Positions 1 to 9,458 of a stretch of 64,000 nucleotides of DNA are shown here, in pieces (the stretch's first letter is position 1; each line of letters begins with the position of its first letter). The stretch covers positions 21,758-85,757 of the forward strand of contig JBDLIX010000004.1 of the NCBI GenBank assembly GCA_039714655.1, read 5' to 3'. The notes under the pieces are model-generated. The model saw nothing but the letters and a program-made list of their open reading frames with translations. It was not told the origin of the DNA and did no database searches. Origin of the DNA: Bacteroidota bacterium. GTDB lineage: Bacteria > Bacteroidota > Bacteroidia > Bacteroidales > GCA-2748055. Made by a program: the position numbers and the translations under genes.

Positions 1-44
1 AAGATTTAGTGTTGGAAATAATAAGTCGCTAAGATAGAAAAGAT

Positions 45-3000
45 TTAATCTTCCGGTTCAGGCTCACCCGATTTTCTCTTTTTCTTTTTTCGGTTGGTAA
101 GCCCTTCCCGATATCTTGTCAAGAGCTGACCTAAATCATCAAACTCCTCCCTGTAGGAAACGCCTACTCCCTGTTTGTAAGGGGCCGTTTCAAAAAGCAA
201 CTCATCCCTGGCCCTGTTAAATGCGATAACACTTATATTGTTGGTCACTTTGAACTCCACATCGAAATCACCCACAAAGTATGGGTTATTGGAGGCTTCG
301 CTGGGATTCATCTCCTGGCCTCCCACATCCACGTTGCCACTGATAATGACTCGATCGTCAAGCAGCTGGGTGGAGAGAGCCACTTCCAGTTCATCACTGC
401 TGATCTGGTCACTGGGTCTGTAATTGACGCCGATATCAAAATCATCGCTTATCTGGGAGAGCCAGTTACTGAGTTGGTTGGAGAGTAATTCACTGGCTGT
501 CACTCCTGCAATTGAACTGTTCATTGTACCGACATTCTGAGTTCCATATCCGGAAATACTGTAAAAGTTGTTGATCACCAGCAATGATAGAAACTGTTTC
601 ATCAACTCTTCCTCTGTACTGGTACTGTTTTCCAACAGGTCCCGGGTTTCAGGATCGGCAGTTGGCATTTCAATTCCGGTAGAGATGGTGGGGGCCTGGA
701 GCTCTCCTTTCAGAAAAAGATGGCAATCTACCGGAATTCGTTTTTTTAAAGATTCCGGTGCCTCACTGCTACTCCCGGGATAAAGATTGTATGGTGCAGC
801 CCTGGTGGTGTATATGGCATTAAGGTCTATGGCAGCATTGGTGGGAGTACCATTGAAATTGATCCTTCCACCTGGTTCAATCTGGAAGCGTTTATTGATC
901 ACATTTTGCAGCGTAAACAAGTAGTCTCCTTTCAACAGCTCTACATCTCCGAACATTCTGAAACCATCGCCCTGATCGAGCATGATTCGCAGGTTGCCGC
1001 GGCCACTTGTTTCAATAATATCACCTACTTTGGGATCAAAGATCAACTGGACAACCGCATCGGGGGTGATATCCACCTCCAGCTCCATTTCAACTCCCCC
1101 AAATGTTGGAAGTTGTTCTGAAAACTGTTCTTTCACCACATCCGTTTTCTGAATGAACGTGATGAAGTCACTGGTCTGCACCTCACTGGCATTGTATAGC
1201 GGAAGGAAAATGGCTGTATTTCGTTCGGTGGTGGCCTTAACGTTAAGTTTCATTTCATCGGGACTTCCGCGGACCCCAATATTACCTGTGGCATGGATGG
1301 TCCCATAGAATACTTCGTTGTCCTTTGACTGAGTATTCATGCATAACAGGTTGTCTGCCTCGATATTGATGTTGGTATAGAAATCTTTAAAATGGTTGTT
1401 GGAAATGGTACCATTTATGTGGGCCCTGTTCCCCAATTCATCTGATGCCATGAATTTTTCCAGGTAGAAGTTGTTGTTGTAAATCCGGATCTGATCATTG
1501 AAAATGTACCTTGTGTTGAGGAAGGAAAATGTGGCGGCACCCTCCATAAACTCGATTACCCCATTTAATTCGGGTTTTTTCACGTTCCCATCGAGTGTCA
1601 GACTCACATTCACTTTTCCATCCAGATTACTGACTACGTTTTCGGCATATGGATTGAGCGCTTCCAGCTCAAATTCATTCAGATGGATGTCAAAATCGAG
1701 CAAGTTACTGCCCGGGGTAAATGTTCCGTCCATCTCTACCACCCTGGTGTTGCCTGTTTCCGAAAGCAGCTTCATATTAATTGATTTTTGAGCATCATTC
1801 CAGGTGGCATTCAGCGTTGTTGGTCCCAGCAATTGTTGGTTGAAATGGAGGGTGTCCACAGCAAGATCAGAGAAAATGGTTGGATTCCCTTCCATCTGCT
1901 GATAATTGATATTTCCCGTGATATTTCCCATAAGATCAACATTGATCCCGGCCAGACTGGAGAGCTCAGCCAGGTTCAGGTTCTGCAGTTCCAGATCAAA
2001 ATCCTGCTCTTCAACTGAAGAGATGGTTCCGTCCGCCACCAGGTATTTCTCTTCGCTGCTGATTGAGAGACTATCCATATGGATGTATTGCTTTCTGAGA
2101 AGGATATTGGAGCTGCTCACCTTCCACAGGGCATCATTGATATAGAGGTTAGTGGGCAGAATATCAATGCGAAAGTTTCTCTTTTTCAGAGAATCAGCCA
2201 CAATAGTTCCCATCAGTTTAAGGTCACCGGTGTACCTGGGCTCAATCCGGTTGTCCCATGCAGCATCCAGATGTGCCGTGTCATTTGCTGCATAGAGAGA
2301 AAATTTATGTTCAGTCAGGGAGTAACTCTTCCCATAAGTCATGCTGTCGGATTGAAAATGAACCTGGAACTCATCATTCCTAATTTCAGAAAAGAGGTCT
2401 ACATTGCTCCATCCGATTTGTCCAATCTGAAGATTTTGGAAAAATCCGTTGGTGGTACAGATCTGTTCTGATGGTTTATATTGCCCATGTGCATGACTCT
2501 CCTTACCAATTTGCAGCAGAGGAAAAAAGAAGTCAAGCACCGGATTCATTCGTTTAAAATCAACCTGGTAGACAAAATGATTCACCATATCTGTTTGTGG
2601 TTCCTGGTTTGGCATGATATCTAAGAATTGATCCGCCAGGTTCTGGAATGAAGCAGGTAACTTGGAGAGTTTGTATTGTCCTTCAATGCTGCCGTCAAAC
2701 ATTTCGGATCTGATCTGGAGAAGGGAGGTGTCTGCTGTATTTCGGGTGGAGATGGTCATATCATAAAGTTGCAACTGTGCATCTTTCCTTTGAAACAGAC
2801 TGTTCACCAGTCTCACCTCTCCGTTCATTTCGTCCACTGTTTTTCCTGAGATGTTGGTTTCAATCAAAAAGGAGGCAAATGAATTGGGGTCCTCCTTAAC
2901 CAATTTCAGAAAATAGGGTCGGGCTCGTGCAACATCTGCTGTAAAATTATAGAGAGGAACTTCGCCTGAAAAATCCATTCTTCCCAGGAAATCCATTTTT

Positions 3001-4460
3001 ATATTGGGATCGCTGATGCTGATCCCACCATCAAATGTGTTGTTTGTAAATGCACCATCCAGCATGATGTTGCTGTAGGAATATTTGAGGATCTCCAGGG
3101 TATCAATGGTGCCCTTCAGGTCGGCTTCAATCTGACCGCGGTAGAGGTTCCCGTCGGCAAATACATTCATATCAAGCTGTTCCAGGGTCTCCTCCTGGTT
3201 GAGGAATTCCCCAAGCCTGAAATCACGGGTCCTCAATCGTCCGTTAAAATCGACACCCCGGACGGTGTCCGGTTTGAATGACAGATCCATGACCATCCTG
3301 CCCATATCTGTATTGAGCAGACCAGCTGCTACAAAATTATCAAAATAGCCTGTAAACTGACCATTGAAATCAAGGTTACCCAGGTTTTTCCAGGGATAGA
3401 GTGCCTCACCGGTACCCTCCTTTACCTGACCCATCAGTTCATGAACGGCCTTGAAGGAGGTATTTAGTTCCCTGAAGTGAAAATCGAGGAAGGTATTATT
3501 AACCTCGGGCAACCCGATCATGACAAAGTCAAATGCCAGCGTGCTGTTTTGATCAAATGTTACAAAGAGCTCTTCACCCTTCATATGACTTAACTTTCCA
3601 TGGACATTGCCATCAATGGCAATGTGGTCTAATATTCCACTGGTTCCCCTTACAAAATAGGAGAGATCTGCCATTTCCAGCAAAGAACCCTCCGAACGGA
3701 AGGTCAAATCAACCTCGCGGGAGAAGTGCCTGAATTTTTTGTAATTCTCAAAATTAAATCCAATGACGGGGACGTGCAGATCTGATCCTTCGGTGACAAT
3801 TCCAAGGTCGCTGAAAATGAGGTGTGTTTTTCCGGCAGAGAGGTGACTGGTAAACTGCCCGATTTTAAAACCGGATTTTTCAATGCAGGAGAGTGAAGAG
3901 ATTTGCATACGAACCGTATCCAGGGAGCTGATGAGATCATCCACAGTGATGTTCAGATCGTTCACAACCAGGTCTGTAAAATTTACCTCCGGGGTCGCAG
4001 GGGTTCTTATCATTCTTGAAAGTGAAAATCTGCTATCCACTAACTCTATGGAAGCAATATGCAACCTGGTTTTCTTTTCCGGAGGAACGTGGGGCTTCTT
4101 CAATAGGTCGACGATAAACGAAAGGTTGACCACGTTGGTGCTGTCAATGACAAAATTCACATAAGCATTTTCAAGGCTTATTTTCTTAATTTCTATTCCT
4201 TTTCGATCGGATCTTAATTGTTTGATCCTGAGCTTTGTAAGCTCTGAATATAGCAATGTGTCTCCCTGTGGATCCTCAACGTAGAGGTCTCTCACCTGAA
4301 TTCTTTTAAAGAATGAGTAATTGACCGAGGAGAGGGTGATGGATGCCTGTAACTCATCCGATAACCGTTCGGCTACAAATTTACTTACCATGGTCTGTAC
4401 CTGTCTGTTCTGTAAAAAAAGTAATGACAATGCCGGAACGGCCAAAAGCACCAGCACCAC
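45..4460 (-). CDS. tamB: TamB-like translocation and assembly module protein (DUF490-type C-terminus)
   Basis: 1471-aa ORF with one N-terminal hydrophobic anchor (VLVLLAVPALSLLFL). The body is very long and beta-rich, and the tail (GDFDVEFKV...KQGVGVSYREEF) looks TamB/DUF490-like. It is called from a GTG, and the frame stays open upstream with no ATG/GTG/TTG. Confidence 0.7.
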   Translation of the reverse strand: MVLVLLAVPALSLLFLQNRQVQTMVSKFVAERLSDELQASITLSSVNYSFFKRIQVRDLYVEDPQGDTLLYSELTKLRIKQLRSDRKGIEIKKISLENAYVNFVIDSTNVVNLSFIVDLLKKPHVPPEKKTRLHIASIELVDSRFSLSRMIRTPATPEVNFTDLVVNDLNITVDDLISSLDTVRMQISSLSCIEKSGFKIGQFTSHLSAGKTHLIFSDLGIVTEGSDLHVPVIGFNFENYKKFRHFSREVDLTFRSEGSLLEMADLSYFVRGTSGILDHIAIDGNVHGKLSHMKGEELFVTFDQNSTLAFDFVMIGLPEVNNTFLDFHFRELNTSFKAVHELMGQVKEGTGEALYPWKNLGNLDFNGQFTGYFDNFVAAGLLNTDMGRMVMDLSFKPDTVRGVDFNGRLRTRDFRLGEFLNQEETLEQLDMNVFADGNLYRGQIEADLKGTIDTLEILKYSYSNIMLDGAFTNNTFDGGISISDPNIKMDFLGRMDFSGEVPLYNFTADVARARPYFLKLVKEDPNSFASFLIETNISGKTVDEMNGEVRLVNSLFQRKDAQLQLYDMTISTRNTADTSLLQIRSEMFDGSIEGQYKLSKLPASFQNLADQFLDIMPNQEPQTDMVNHFVYQVDFKRMNPVLDFFFPLLQIGKESHAHGQYKPSEQICTTNGFFQNLQIGQIGWSNVDLFSEIRNDEFQVHFQSDSMTYGKSYSLTEHKFSLYAANDTAHLDAAWDNRIEPRYTGDLKLMGTIVADSLKKRNFRIDILPTNLYINDALWKVSSSNILLRKQYIHMDSLSISSEEKYLVADGTISSVEEQDFDLELQNLNLAELSSLAGINVDLMGNITGNINYQQMEGNPTIFSDLAVDTLHFNQQLLGPTTLNATWNDAQKSINMKLLSETGNTRVVEMDGTFTPGSNLLDFDIHLNEFELEALNPYAENVVSNLDGKVNVSLTLDGNVKKPELNGVIEFMEGAATFSFLNTRYIFNDQIRIYNNNFYLEKFMASDELGNRAHINGTISNNHFKDFYTNINIEADNLLCMNTQSKDNEVFYGTIHATGNIGVRGSPDEMKLNVKATTERNTAIFLPLYNASEVQTSDFITFIQKTDVVKEQFSEQLPTFGGVEMELEVDITPDAVVQLIFDPKVGDIIETSGRGNLRIMLDQGDGFRMFGDVELLKGDYLFTLQNVINKRFQIEPGGRINFNGTPTNAAIDLNAIYTTRAAPYNLYPGSSSEAPESLKKRIPVDCHLFLKGELQAPTISTGIEMPTADPETRDLLENSTSTEEELMKQFLSLLVINNFYSISGYGTQNVGTMNSSIAGVTASELLSNQLSNWLSQISDDFDIGVNYRPSDQISSDELEVALSTQLLDDRVIISGNVDVGGQEMNPSEASNNPYFVGDFDVEFKVTNNISVIAFNRARDELLFETAPYKQGVGVSYREEFDDLGQLLTRYREGLTNRKKKKRKSGEPEPED

Positions 4461-4469
4461 GATCAGACC

Positions 4470-4497
4470 TATTTTTGCTATCTTTTTAATACTTTTG
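4470..4497 (+). promoter_or_regulatory. Candidate Bacteroidota -7 promoter boxes for tsaD
   Basis: Two matches to TAnnTTTG: TATTTTTG at 4470-4477 and TACTTTTG at 4490-4497. They lie 45-65 nt upstream of the tsaD ATG at 4542. Confidence 0.35.
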
Positions 4498-4541
4498 TTC
4501 TTTCTAATATCCCGAACGTAACAAAAATAGTAAAAGTTATC

Positions 4542-5561
4542 ATGGGCACAGTAATTCTGGGAATTGAATCATCCTGTGATGATACATCGGCCGCAGTGGT
4601 GCGTGACAGGATGCTGCTTTCCAATGTGATAGCCGGGCAGGAAGTGCACAAAAAGTATGGGGGAGTGGTTCCTGAATTGGCATCCAGGGCCCATCAGCAA
4701 AATATCGTTCCGGTTGTGGATCAAGCCCTTAAGAATGCCGGTATTTTGCGTTCCGAAATTGATGCTGTAGCTTTTACCCGAGGTCCGGGTTTACTTGGAT
4801 CCCTTTTGGTTGGAACATCGTTTACCAAAGGTTTCACTGCCGGATTGGGCATTCCCATGATTGAAGTAAACCACCTTCAGGCCCACATCCTGGTGCATTT
4901 CATCCTATCGGAGCAATCTGAAGAGCTTTCTCCAGACTTTCCATTTCTATGCCTCCTGGTTTCAGGTGGCCATACACAACTGGTGGTGGTTAAGGATCAT
5001 CACCTGATGGAGATCATTGGAAAAACCATTGATGATGCAGCGGGAGAAGCCTTTGATAAGTGTGCCAAACTACTTGGATTGCCCTATCCCGGCGGACCTC
5101 ATATTGACAGGCTGGCATTGGAAGGAGATCCTGAGAGATTTACATTTAATAAGCCACGCCTGAAAGGATTTGACTACTCTTTCAGTGGTTTAAAGACCTC
5201 ATTTCTATATTTTCTGAGAGACCAACTTAAAGAGGAGTCAGATTTCATAGAGATGAACAGGGCGGATCTGGCTGCCTCCCTGCAAAGAACCATTGTTGAG
5301 ATCCTGATGAATAAGCTGCGAAAGGCTGTAGAGAAGACTGGTATTCAGCAAATTGCATTAGCAGGAGGGGTGTCGGCCAACTCAGGTTTACGTACCGCCA
5401 TAAGAGAAGAGGCAGAGAGGCGGGGATGGGAAGTCTATATTCCGCCAATCGGTTACTCCACCGACAATGCTGCCATGATTGCCATCACTGGATATTTCAG
5501 GTACCTGGAAGGAAATTTCTCATCAGAGGATATCGCCCCTTTAGCAAGGATGTATTTCTGA
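4542..5561 (+). CDS. tsaD: tRNA N6-adenosine threonylcarbamoyltransferase TsaD (Kae1/Gcp family)
   Basis: 339 aa. It has the N-terminal ILGIESSCDDTSAAVV, the metal motif VNHLQAHIL, and the later SGGHTQL and GGVSANSGLR motifs typical of TsaD. Confidence 0.93.
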   Translation: MGTVILGIESSCDDTSAAVVRDRMLLSNVIAGQEVHKKYGGVVPELASRAHQQNIVPVVDQALKNAGILRSEIDAVAFTRGPGLLGSLLVGTSFTKGFTAGLGIPMIEVNHLQAHILVHFILSEQSEELSPDFPFLCLLVSGGHTQLVVVKDHHLMEIIGKTIDDAAGEAFDKCAKLLGLPYPGGPHIDRLALEGDPERFTFNKPRLKGFDYSFSGLKTSFLYFLRDQLKEESDFIEMNRADLAASLQRTIVEILMNKLRKAVEKTGIQQIALAGGVSANSGLRTAIREEAERRGWEVYIPPIGYSTDNAAMIAITGYFRYLEGNFSSEDIAPLARMYF

Positions 5562-5653
5562 TCTAGCGCCTGAAAATATGTGTTAAAATGAAATTGATTT
5601 GGGCGATTGTGCCGTAAAAATTTACTATCTTGGAGTGAATTATTAGCAATTGG

Positions 5654-6028
5654 ATGGATAGATTAGAGTTTCAACCCACTCAGAAAACACCATACGTATT
5701 GCTGGATCCTTCCGGGAAAATTAAATTCAAAGGAAGGTCCATTCCGGAGGATGTATCTCTGTTTTATGAAGATATACTCGACTGGATCATTGCATATGCC
5801 TCATCGCCATCCTCCAATACCGAAGTGGATATTGAGATGGAGTACCTGAACAGCGGGACGTCCAAATATATGCTGAGGATATTAAAAAAGCTGAAAGAGG
5901 TTGATAATGATGGCTATGACCTGAAAATCAACTGGGTGTATGAGGAAGGTGATGATGATATCCTGGAGCGGGGTGAGTATTATGCTTCCATCCTGGACCT
6001 CAACATCAATTTCATTGAGATCGAGTAG
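5654..6028 (+). CDS. DUF1987 / SiaC-like partner-switch phosphoprotein
   Basis: 124 aa. FQPTQKTPYV..KGRSIPEDV..ILDWI, EYLNSGTSKYM and INWVYEEGDDD align by eye with P. aeruginosa SiaC (GTQSTP.., GDSYPEN, YLNTSSIK, LRWHYD). Its 3' end overlaps the convergent gene by 17 nt. Confidence 0.75.
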   Translation: MDRLEFQPTQKTPYVLLDPSGKIKFKGRSIPEDVSLFYEDILDWIIAYASSPSSNTEVDIEMEYLNSGTSKYMLRILKKLKEVDNDGYDLKINWVYEEGDDDILERGEYYASILDLNINFIEIE

Positions 6029-7124
6029 TTTTTATCTTCATAATATTCCTGCTTTTCTGCAACACATCTCCCAAATGTTTCCAATAGGCCTTGTGAAAGG
6101 TATATGAATCGGTATTTTTGATGGCTTCCTGGAAGTTGATAGTGCTATTACAGGTACTGGGATGTTCGATGGAGGGATCAAACAGGCCCGGTTTCTCAGG
6201 ATGGAATTGAACTCCGAACACATGCGGGTAACGATCATGTTCGATGGCCTCGATTATCTTTCCGTCCATTGAGGTTGCAGCAATTACCCAACCTTTGCCC
6301 AACTTTTCAAGAGCCTGATGATGTGAACTGAGCACCAGGGGTTCTGACTTACTCTTAAATCCAATTCCTCTGGTCAGCAGTGCTCTCTTTTCCAACTTGA
6401 CGTGATGAAAATGATAGGAGGTAGGAGCTTCGCAACCGCTATTTACCTTATCAGCATAATTCCTGTGCATCTGGTCAGGTGGTAGTAAGAGAATATCCTC
6501 GGCAATCCAGATTCCAAACATTTCCGTGGGGATGTCCTGTACCATCGTTCCGCCGGTCGCCACATTCAGCGTTTGCATTCCCAGGCAGATGCCACTGATC
6601 AGATATCGCTTCTCCTGCTCCATAAAGGGCTCCCATGTGAGGTTCTGGGAGCCGCCCAGCAGGTGAAACAGATAGGATGCCTCGCAATAGTGTCTGAATG
6701 GATCTGTCACCGAAGTCAAAAGGTGAACAGGTTCGTTATAAACGGCCGGGGGGATATCCGGTCCACCCATAAATAGCGCCCCTTTTGAGATGCTGAAAAG
6801 GTGTTTGAACTGGCTGGAGCAGGTGTTCTCTCCAAAAAGATTCCCGGGATTAAGCGACCCTTTGATTCCCCGAATACTTACATGTTGATCCTGATGAAGT
6901 TCAATGTAAGCCCTGGCCTTTTCATAGTCATAGGTCTCCTGCTCATGATAGACTCCCAGGAGATGATAACCATCCATGTTGAAAATGCCTTCGTCAATCA
7001 GATGTTGAACCTCCTCCAGGTTGTATGCAGTGGGATGGAATAACAGAAGTGTATCCTGACCATCCACACTCTGAATGGAGCATAACAGCAACAGGGAGAA
7101 GAGCGTGACGACTTTTAGCTTCAT
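6012..7124 (-). CDS. Secreted class-I glutamine amidotransferase-like / peptidase C26 (gamma-glutamyl hydrolase family)
   Basis: 370 aa with a signal peptide (MKLKVVTLFSLLLLCSIQSVDGQ). The nucleophile elbow is GICLGMQ and the His motif is GVQFHPE. Its ATG overlaps the upstream gene's TGA (ATGA at 7121-7124). Confidence 0.8.
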   Translation of the reverse strand: MKLKVVTLFSLLLLCSIQSVDGQDTLLLFHPTAYNLEEVQHLIDEGIFNMDGYHLLGVYHEQETYDYEKARAYIELHQDQHVSIRGIKGSLNPGNLFGENTCSSQFKHLFSISKGALFMGGPDIPPAVYNEPVHLLTSVTDPFRHYCEASYLFHLLGGSQNLTWEPFMEQEKRYLISGICLGMQTLNVATGGTMVQDIPTEMFGIWIAEDILLLPPDQMHRNYADKVNSGCEAPTSYHFHHVKLEKRALLTRGIGFKSKSEPLVLSSHHQALEKLGKGWVIAATSMDGKIIEAIEHDRYPHVFGVQFHPEKPGLFDPSIEHPSTCNSTINFQEAIKNTDSYTFHKAYWKHLGDVLQKSRNIMKIKTTRSQ

Positions 7125-9448
7125 TTGAGCATGGAGGTGAGTTTTTGTATGAACTGGTTCAGGTTGTCGCGGGACTCATCATCCAGATTTTTAAAACTGA
7201 CATTTCCCTCCTGAACCTCTTGCAGGAAGTTGGAAGCCAGAACGGCCCTCGAGTAATTATTGTCTTTAAGGTAATCAGAGTTTCTTACCGTGATACCCTC
7301 CCGGACTTTTACTACATATTTTTTGAAATCGATGGTGGAGAAGAGATCCTCTGCATCCTGGAAATCATCCAGAAACATCATCTGCTCCTTGGCCAGGTCA
7401 ACTTTGTTATCGAAATGCTCTCTCATCATTGTTTCGTGAACCGACCGTTCTTCAGAATTTCCAAAATTGAGGATGATATATTCCAGGCCCCACCCAATGA
7501 GAATATTGACCATCATGGGGATACTCTCTGCTCCTGAGGCAGGCAGGAAATAACACTCCTTTTCAAATCCGGTAAGCGCAACAATGGTCTTCAGGAAATA
7601 GTAGGTGGCCAGGTCCTTTACAACTACATTATTGAAAGATTTGATAATCTCCTGCTGGTTGAGTCTGGCACCCATGGTAGAATAGATGGGCGATAATGTA
7701 TCGGCTGTGGCTGATTTGAGGGAACGCGCACTGTAGACCAGTGTTTCACTTTTCATATCGTCTTCGACGGCACGCTGTACAGCCAGGATCCTGTAGAGTT
7801 TGTTCACATCGATCAGATGAGGAGAGTGGGTGGTGTAAATGATCTGAATCTGCTCCTTAATATCGTCAAACACTTCCAGCACATCTTCCTGTGCCCTTGC
7901 ATGCAGACTTACTCCTGGTTCATCAATGAGCAGAATTTTATTCCTCTTACTTTTATCAATGGCGGTAGCCTTAAGTTCCAGAAAGAAAGAGAGAAACCAC
8001 CTGACACCCCGGCTTCGTTGCTTGGGATAGAGGCGCTCTTGTTCATCCTTGATCCAGAACTCGATGAATGGTTTGCCACTTTTCTCAGGATTGGTATGGT
8101 CATAGTGAGAAAGTTCAAAATTGATCTTGATCTTGTTTTTCTTGCCCACATTCTGCCTCCAGAAATCCTGGAAATTAAGGGTAAGTTCACCATTCAGATT
8201 CTCAATTTTCTGCTTCAGAATCCGGCTGGATGGCTGCTGGAAAAAGGAGTACTCCAGTCCAGTGATGGTCAGAAAATTGATGGCTGCCTTGTAGCCTTCG
8301 GCACGCTTATTGGCACGGATAATATCTTCCAGATCAATGCGGTTGGGCAGGAGGGAACCGAAATCTTCAAATAATTCAAAATCAGGAATGATCTTAAAGA
8401 TCTCTTCGGCCAGTTCCCTGGAGCTGTAGAATTTATTTCGTGATTCAATCTCCTTCTTTGCCGCTGTCACAGCGCTTTCAATGGTAATTCCGTCAAATAC
8501 GAATTCAAGTGCCAACAGTTGGACATCATACTCTTCCTGCAATTGAGATATCTCCTTTTTTAGCCTTTCAATGTCGGTTCGATAGATCTCTTCCTTGATC
8601 TCTGCAGCCCTTTGTTCCTTTTCAGTCGGATACATCCCGGTCATCTGAAGGATCTGTTTCAGATTCTCCTGGGCAAGGGTAAGTACTTCTTTTTTTTCAG
8701 ATATCTGAACTTTGATCTCCTCATGTTTGTTGCAGGCTTCTCTTTTTTCACCCAGTGCATCCAGGATATCCTTCTTCTCTTCCTGTTTGGTTAATTTCTG
8801 TTCCAGGGTCTGCTTCAGTTTCACTTGCATCTCCTCCTCCTGTCCCAGCTCTTTTCTTATATCCTCTTTATTATTCCGGGCAGAAAGCTTTCGGATATTG
8901 CGCTTTAATTCATTCATGCGGAGCTTAATGGACTCGACCTTCTCCCGGGTCCATTCAACTTCATCCTGAGCCTTGTTCAGAGTTTTTGATGCAGCAGCAA
9001 TATTCTGGTTAAGGTTTTCCAGATTTTCCAGAACTTCTATTTCCCGTTGTTTGATCTGGTCCTCAGATGCATTGAAAACTTCCTGCAACTCATCACCCAT
9101 CACCATGAGAGAGTCCATATCGTTCTCCCACCGTCTGGATAATGAGATTGTTTCAATGGTACGGATCAGCTTTCGGATTTCCGGAGTCAACCTTTTTTTA
9201 TCAATTCTATTTTCAATTTCATCAAATTGGAATGAGAACCGGCAGGTGACGTCGGGAAGTGAGAGGTCACTCCGGAGCATGTCTTCAATGAGGTTTCCAT
9301 CGTGGAATGTCTTGAGTCCTTCAAGGATGGATGTTTTTCCTGATTCATTCTGCCCAATGAGGCTGGTAATATTGTCATGGGCTAATTGGTGCCACCCCGT
9401 ATCCACAACCGATCTGAAATTTTGAATTCTGAAAGCAATTAACTTCAT
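7121..9448 (-). CDS. ABC-type (AAA_15/AAA_21/OLD-like) ATPase with a long coiled-coil insertion and a Toprim-like C-terminal region
   Basis: 775 aa. Walker A is IGQNESGKTS, Walker B/D-loop is LLIDEPGVSLH and the H-loop is YTTHSPHL. About 200 Lys/Glu-rich heptad residues lie between Walker A and B. The C-terminal block is VVVKDLATYYF...FLPASGAESI...EYIILNFGNSEE. Confidence 0.7.
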   Translation of the reverse strand: MKLIAFRIQNFRSVVDTGWHQLAHDNITSLIGQNESGKTSILEGLKTFHDGNLIEDMLRSDLSLPDVTCRFSFQFDEIENRIDKKRLTPEIRKLIRTIETISLSRRWENDMDSLMVMGDELQEVFNASEDQIKQREIEVLENLENLNQNIAAASKTLNKAQDEVEWTREKVESIKLRMNELKRNIRKLSARNNKEDIRKELGQEEEMQVKLKQTLEQKLTKQEEKKDILDALGEKREACNKHEEIKVQISEKKEVLTLAQENLKQILQMTGMYPTEKEQRAAEIKEEIYRTDIERLKKEISQLQEEYDVQLLALEFVFDGITIESAVTAAKKEIESRNKFYSSRELAEEIFKIIPDFELFEDFGSLLPNRIDLEDIIRANKRAEGYKAAINFLTITGLEYSFFQQPSSRILKQKIENLNGELTLNFQDFWRQNVGKKNKIKINFELSHYDHTNPEKSGKPFIEFWIKDEQERLYPKQRSRGVRWFLSFFLELKATAIDKSKRNKILLIDEPGVSLHARAQEDVLEVFDDIKEQIQIIYTTHSPHLIDVNKLYRILAVQRAVEDDMKSETLVYSARSLKSATADTLSPIYSTMGARLNQQEIIKSFNNVVVKDLATYYFLKTIVALTGFEKECYFLPASGAESIPMMVNILIGWGLEYIILNFGNSEERSVHETMMREHFDNKVDLAKEQMMFLDDFQDAEDLFSTIDFKKYVVKVREGITVRNSDYLKDNNYSRAVLASNFLQEVQEGNVSFKNLDDESRDNLNQFIQKLTSMLK

Positions 9449-9458
9449 GTTGCCTGGT

